Shown here: positions 60,978 to 64,000 of the stretch, in pieces
Layout: each line of letters opens with the position of its first letter
Position numbering within the stretch: the first letter of the stretch is position 1
From: Azolla caroliniana
Lineage: Eukaryota > Plantae > Polypodiophyta
Direction: 5' to 3'
NCBI GenBank assembly: GCA_043228905.1
Contig: JBHGNT010000004.1
Span: 1,302,001-1,366,000 of the forward strand
DNA length: 64,000 nt
The notes under the pieces: generated by a model
The model's database searches: none
Told to the model about the DNA's origin: nothing
What the model saw: the letters and a program-made list of their open reading frames with translations, nothing else
Made by a program: the position numbers and the translations under genes

Positions 60978-61600
60978 AAAGTCATATACCTCCTTCAAGT
61001 GCAAAACTTTTGGGCGTGGTGTATATGCATCACAAATGACATCAAATAGTTTAGGTAAAGTGAAAGCATCATGCCGAGACAACTGTCTGGAGAATGTGCT
61101 AAACATCTGATCTATATGGTCATGTGTGTGGCCAACCAAAAGAAAATTGACTTTCACTTTCCTAAACAATTCTTGGTTGACCAACATACTTAGATAGCCA
61201 AATACAATTGAATTTTTGTTCTCTCTAGTAGTATTGTCCAACTGAATGTATAGAACGGGGGGGAAAGGTTGGCCCCAAGACATCAAAACTCGGTGAATGA
61301 CTATAACTGTTAGGTTAGGGTCATTGTAAACATTGGGGTATGTAATGAAGACGTGAGGTCCAACCGACCTATTATAAGCCAAGCATCCCACCAAGTGCAT
61401 TTGAACAAGGCACTCATCATTGACATCTTTGGGGAGCCTCCGCATATGCGGCAAGCACGTCTTCTTCTGGTCCATGCCATCTATCATTAAGCACATGTAT
61501 TGTTCAGGCCTCTTCAAACACTTCTCTCTATGATGCATCGCCTTCTTTCGTTCTAAGGATTGTGCCTCACGATGCTCTTGTAGTAACTTCTTACTCATAT
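60973..61600 (-). pseudogene. Fragment of a DDD/DDE DNA-transposase (Sola1-like / DUF7869-type)
   Basis: MIDGMDQKKTCLPH...LYIQLDNTTRENKN...FLLVGHTHDHIDQMFS; truncated at both ends. Confidence 0.65.
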
Positions 61601-61625
61601 CCAACATTTGGTATCAGAGCAGAGG
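61600..61625 (+). mobile_element. Orphan LTR 3' end plus tRNA-iMet PBS
   Basis: CCAACA-TT-TGGTATCAGAGC (PBS 61609-61620). Confidence 0.65.
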
Positions 61626-61872
61626 TTATTCATCTCATTGCCGACCATAATCTGTTTTTTTTCAACAACTTTTTTGCTCTTATCTTCTTCGAAGAAATTG
61701 AGTTCGAGATCTCATTTAGAGGAGAGAAAGAAAATTGAAGATTCACACTCTGCACATTGAGAGAGAGAGAGAGAATGGTCATATTAATTATTTGGAGAGC
61801 ATAACATAAATACTCAATATGGTTGACGTTGTTGTGCCATTTGTTTTAGATATCTCAAAGTTATTAGTTCAG

Positions 61873-61930
61873 TTCTTTCTTTCTTTCTTTTTTCCAAAAA
61901 AAACTCCTTCTATTAGTTATAAAATTTTAC
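61873..61930 (-). mobile_element. Very short 3' stub of the same LINE family as 7247-7729
   Basis: TTTTTTCCAAAAAAAACTCCTTCTATTAGTTATAAAATTTTAC matches 7253-7298. Confidence 0.75.
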
Positions 61931-62435
61931 GAGTAGAAATCCTTTGAGAGAGAAAAATTGTGTTTTTGGGGCAACAATTAATTATTGTGTGGAAAAGATA
62001 TCAAATTGTCTGTCTAAATCAGTCTTTTTTATGTTGACTTGCCTTACTTTTTAAAAAAAACATGCCCTAATTATAGGTGTTTTATGACATACTATAGCTT
62101 AAAAGAGTAGAAAATAACCCACAAATTACCTTTATGATAGCAAATTCTCCTCAATATAGGTTTGGAATCTATATAAGTCATACCTCCTCTTTAAAAGAAT
62201 ATATAACCCTGTTTACTTATTACGATATATATTTTCTAGTTTGAATAGCCCTGCCTAGAATAGATTTTTGAATATAGGACTACCATGTACTCTGAATGCA
62301 TGATTGATATTTTCACTTGACCACTAATCGCCTGTTAGTGAGAATTGTTCTTCATCTTCTTATTTATATTTTAATATACAACCTTAATCTACGTGACCAC
62401 CTAACTTATGTTTTTGCATGTACTTTCTTAAATAG

Positions 62436-64000
62436 GTCGTTTGAGAACCTGTCGGACCGACCCGTGAAGAAAATAAAGCTTCGCATATAGGGTTCTCCAA
62501 TCGAAGCCCAGACCAAGGTAGCTCCTAAGACCATGAAGAGAGGAAAAAAGCTTCTCTTCAACGTGGAGACAAAATCTCAACCACACATTAACGTTAGCCA
62601 AAAGAAACTTGTCGCCGCTACTGGAGGTGAACACCTTCCTGACCGTGATCTAACGGACAAGGAATGGTGTATGCAATATGTCGACTCAAAGAAAAAAGTC
62701 GTATTGTATACAACAAAGAAGAAGGGGGAGGGGCAACTTGGAAAGGAAACCCCATTTATGTATGGCCGTATTCTACGATTTGACTACGAAGATGCAGATT
62801 CAGCCAACATACTGGTAATGATAGAGAGCTCCAAGGGGGTACGTAAAGTGTTCCTTTCAGAAGATCTTTTAGTAAAGGAATCTTGTGGGCCAGAAGCGTT
62901 CAAAAAAGATCTTGAAAGCTCACAAAACCTTATTGTTACCTTGAGGCCTTATATACAAGGCCATGTAACTCTAAGAGATGAAGTGCCCTCCCCATTAAAG
63001 GCCACAAAAAGGGTATCTAAAGTCCAGTCAAGACCACCAAAGAAGAAGACAACCAAAATGTCGGACACCGATTCAACAAGTGAAAACGAAGAGGAGGACA
63101 ATAAGGGGACGCCAAGAGCTGAGCTGGCATCGGGTGTTTTGTCATCCGAGCAGAATAAGATAAGGAGAGAGTTAATGCAGCGTAAACTGGTCAGGAAAGG
63201 GCAAGTGTTTAATTTGCCTATAACACACATCCATCGGCCCCCTATTGATGAAAAAACAGGTCGATGACCACTTGAGAATAGAGAGCCACACCGCATACAT
63301 GTTCAAAATCTCAAGAAAAAAATGAAAATTAATCCTCATGCCACTGTGGTGCCTTTTATTGTTATGGTAGATCCTGAAGAATGTGAAACCATTGAAGATT
63401 TTGATATTAGAAAGCATGATCAATATAATTACTTTGTCATTGGTCGATCGCATTCAGCGGAGGCACGTCGGCAATTTGTGAGAGAACATCCAATGACTTT
63501 CTTCTTCAAGTATGCCGAGTGCAAAATTTATGTTGGGCTCACAACCGAAGAGGCTAAGCTGTTGGCATGGGACCATAATAATGATAATGACTATAGGCAG
63601 AAAATGTCGTCCATTGAGCGTAGACGGTTCTTCCACCACGAGTATTTGGACGTGAAACAAAAGTTTGGTGTGAAGTTACATCCAGGCCTACGACGTCAAT
63701 GTCTGCATGAAGTCGGCATTGTTGTAGATGATAATGTTAAGTCCGATGGTCTTCGAAAATATGAGTCTTGGTTTCAATTGGCGTTTAGAGATGGAGAAGT
63801 ATGGGACCTACAAGATCAAATCTTCTCAATGTGGGAGAATAAGGAGGTAAAGGGTCAATGACAAAAGAAATGTAAGGTTGACCCTCAATTAGAGTTAAAG
63901 TCACAAGCCGCTAAGAAAATTGACTTGACAATTGAAGAAGTGGCAGACGACATGAAGTTGTCTCTGTGGAGAGCGATGCAAGGTATTAAGGACGAGCAGC
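62436..64000 (+). pseudogene. Spliced gene with a ParB/Sulfiredoxin-like domain, three in-frame stops, runs off the window
   Basis: One reading frame from 62437 to 64000 with TAG 62488, TGA 63265 and TGA 63859. Acceptor AG at 62434-62435 follows a CTAAC branch and a T-rich tract. Motif LPITHI...R...HVQNLKKKM...PFIV...YFVIGRSHSAEA...CKIYVGLTTEEAKLLAWDHN. Confidence 0.6.

Noticed and set aside
60879-61049. Overlapping sense/antisense ORFs suggesting a dual-coding gene
   Set aside because: Both ORFs simply read through a rearrangement junction at ~60975.

Overview
Eukaryotic, AT-rich, microsatellite-rich plant DNA; the TE families suggest a seed-free plant such as a fern (inference only). One clear host gene is present: an intronless ALOG/LSH transcription factor (46627-47694, -) with a six-ATG uORF and a G-box/C-box-rich upstream island. 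Most other interpretable sequence is transposon-derived. A 16.6 kb nest (21342-37961) consists of an outer Ty3/gypsy element A (485-bp LTRs, TSD TTCCT) holding a young intact Ty1/copia B (30456-35886, TSD TGTGT), a truncated related copia C, and a rearranged gypsy D with an inverted LTR fragment. Elsewhere are a 5'-truncated LINE plus a stub of the same family, a hAT MITE, an L1-ORF1-like remnant, a Tcn1/Tf1-type chromovirus with an HSE-rich LTR and a self-priming PBS, a Sola-like transposase fragment and a spliced ParB/Srx-like pseudogene. The most unusual signal is that element A has no polypurine tract. It instead carries inward-facing tRNA-Arg-complementary sites next to BOTH LTRs, suggesting tRNA priming of both cDNA strands. 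All family assignments come from motif recognition without database searches.
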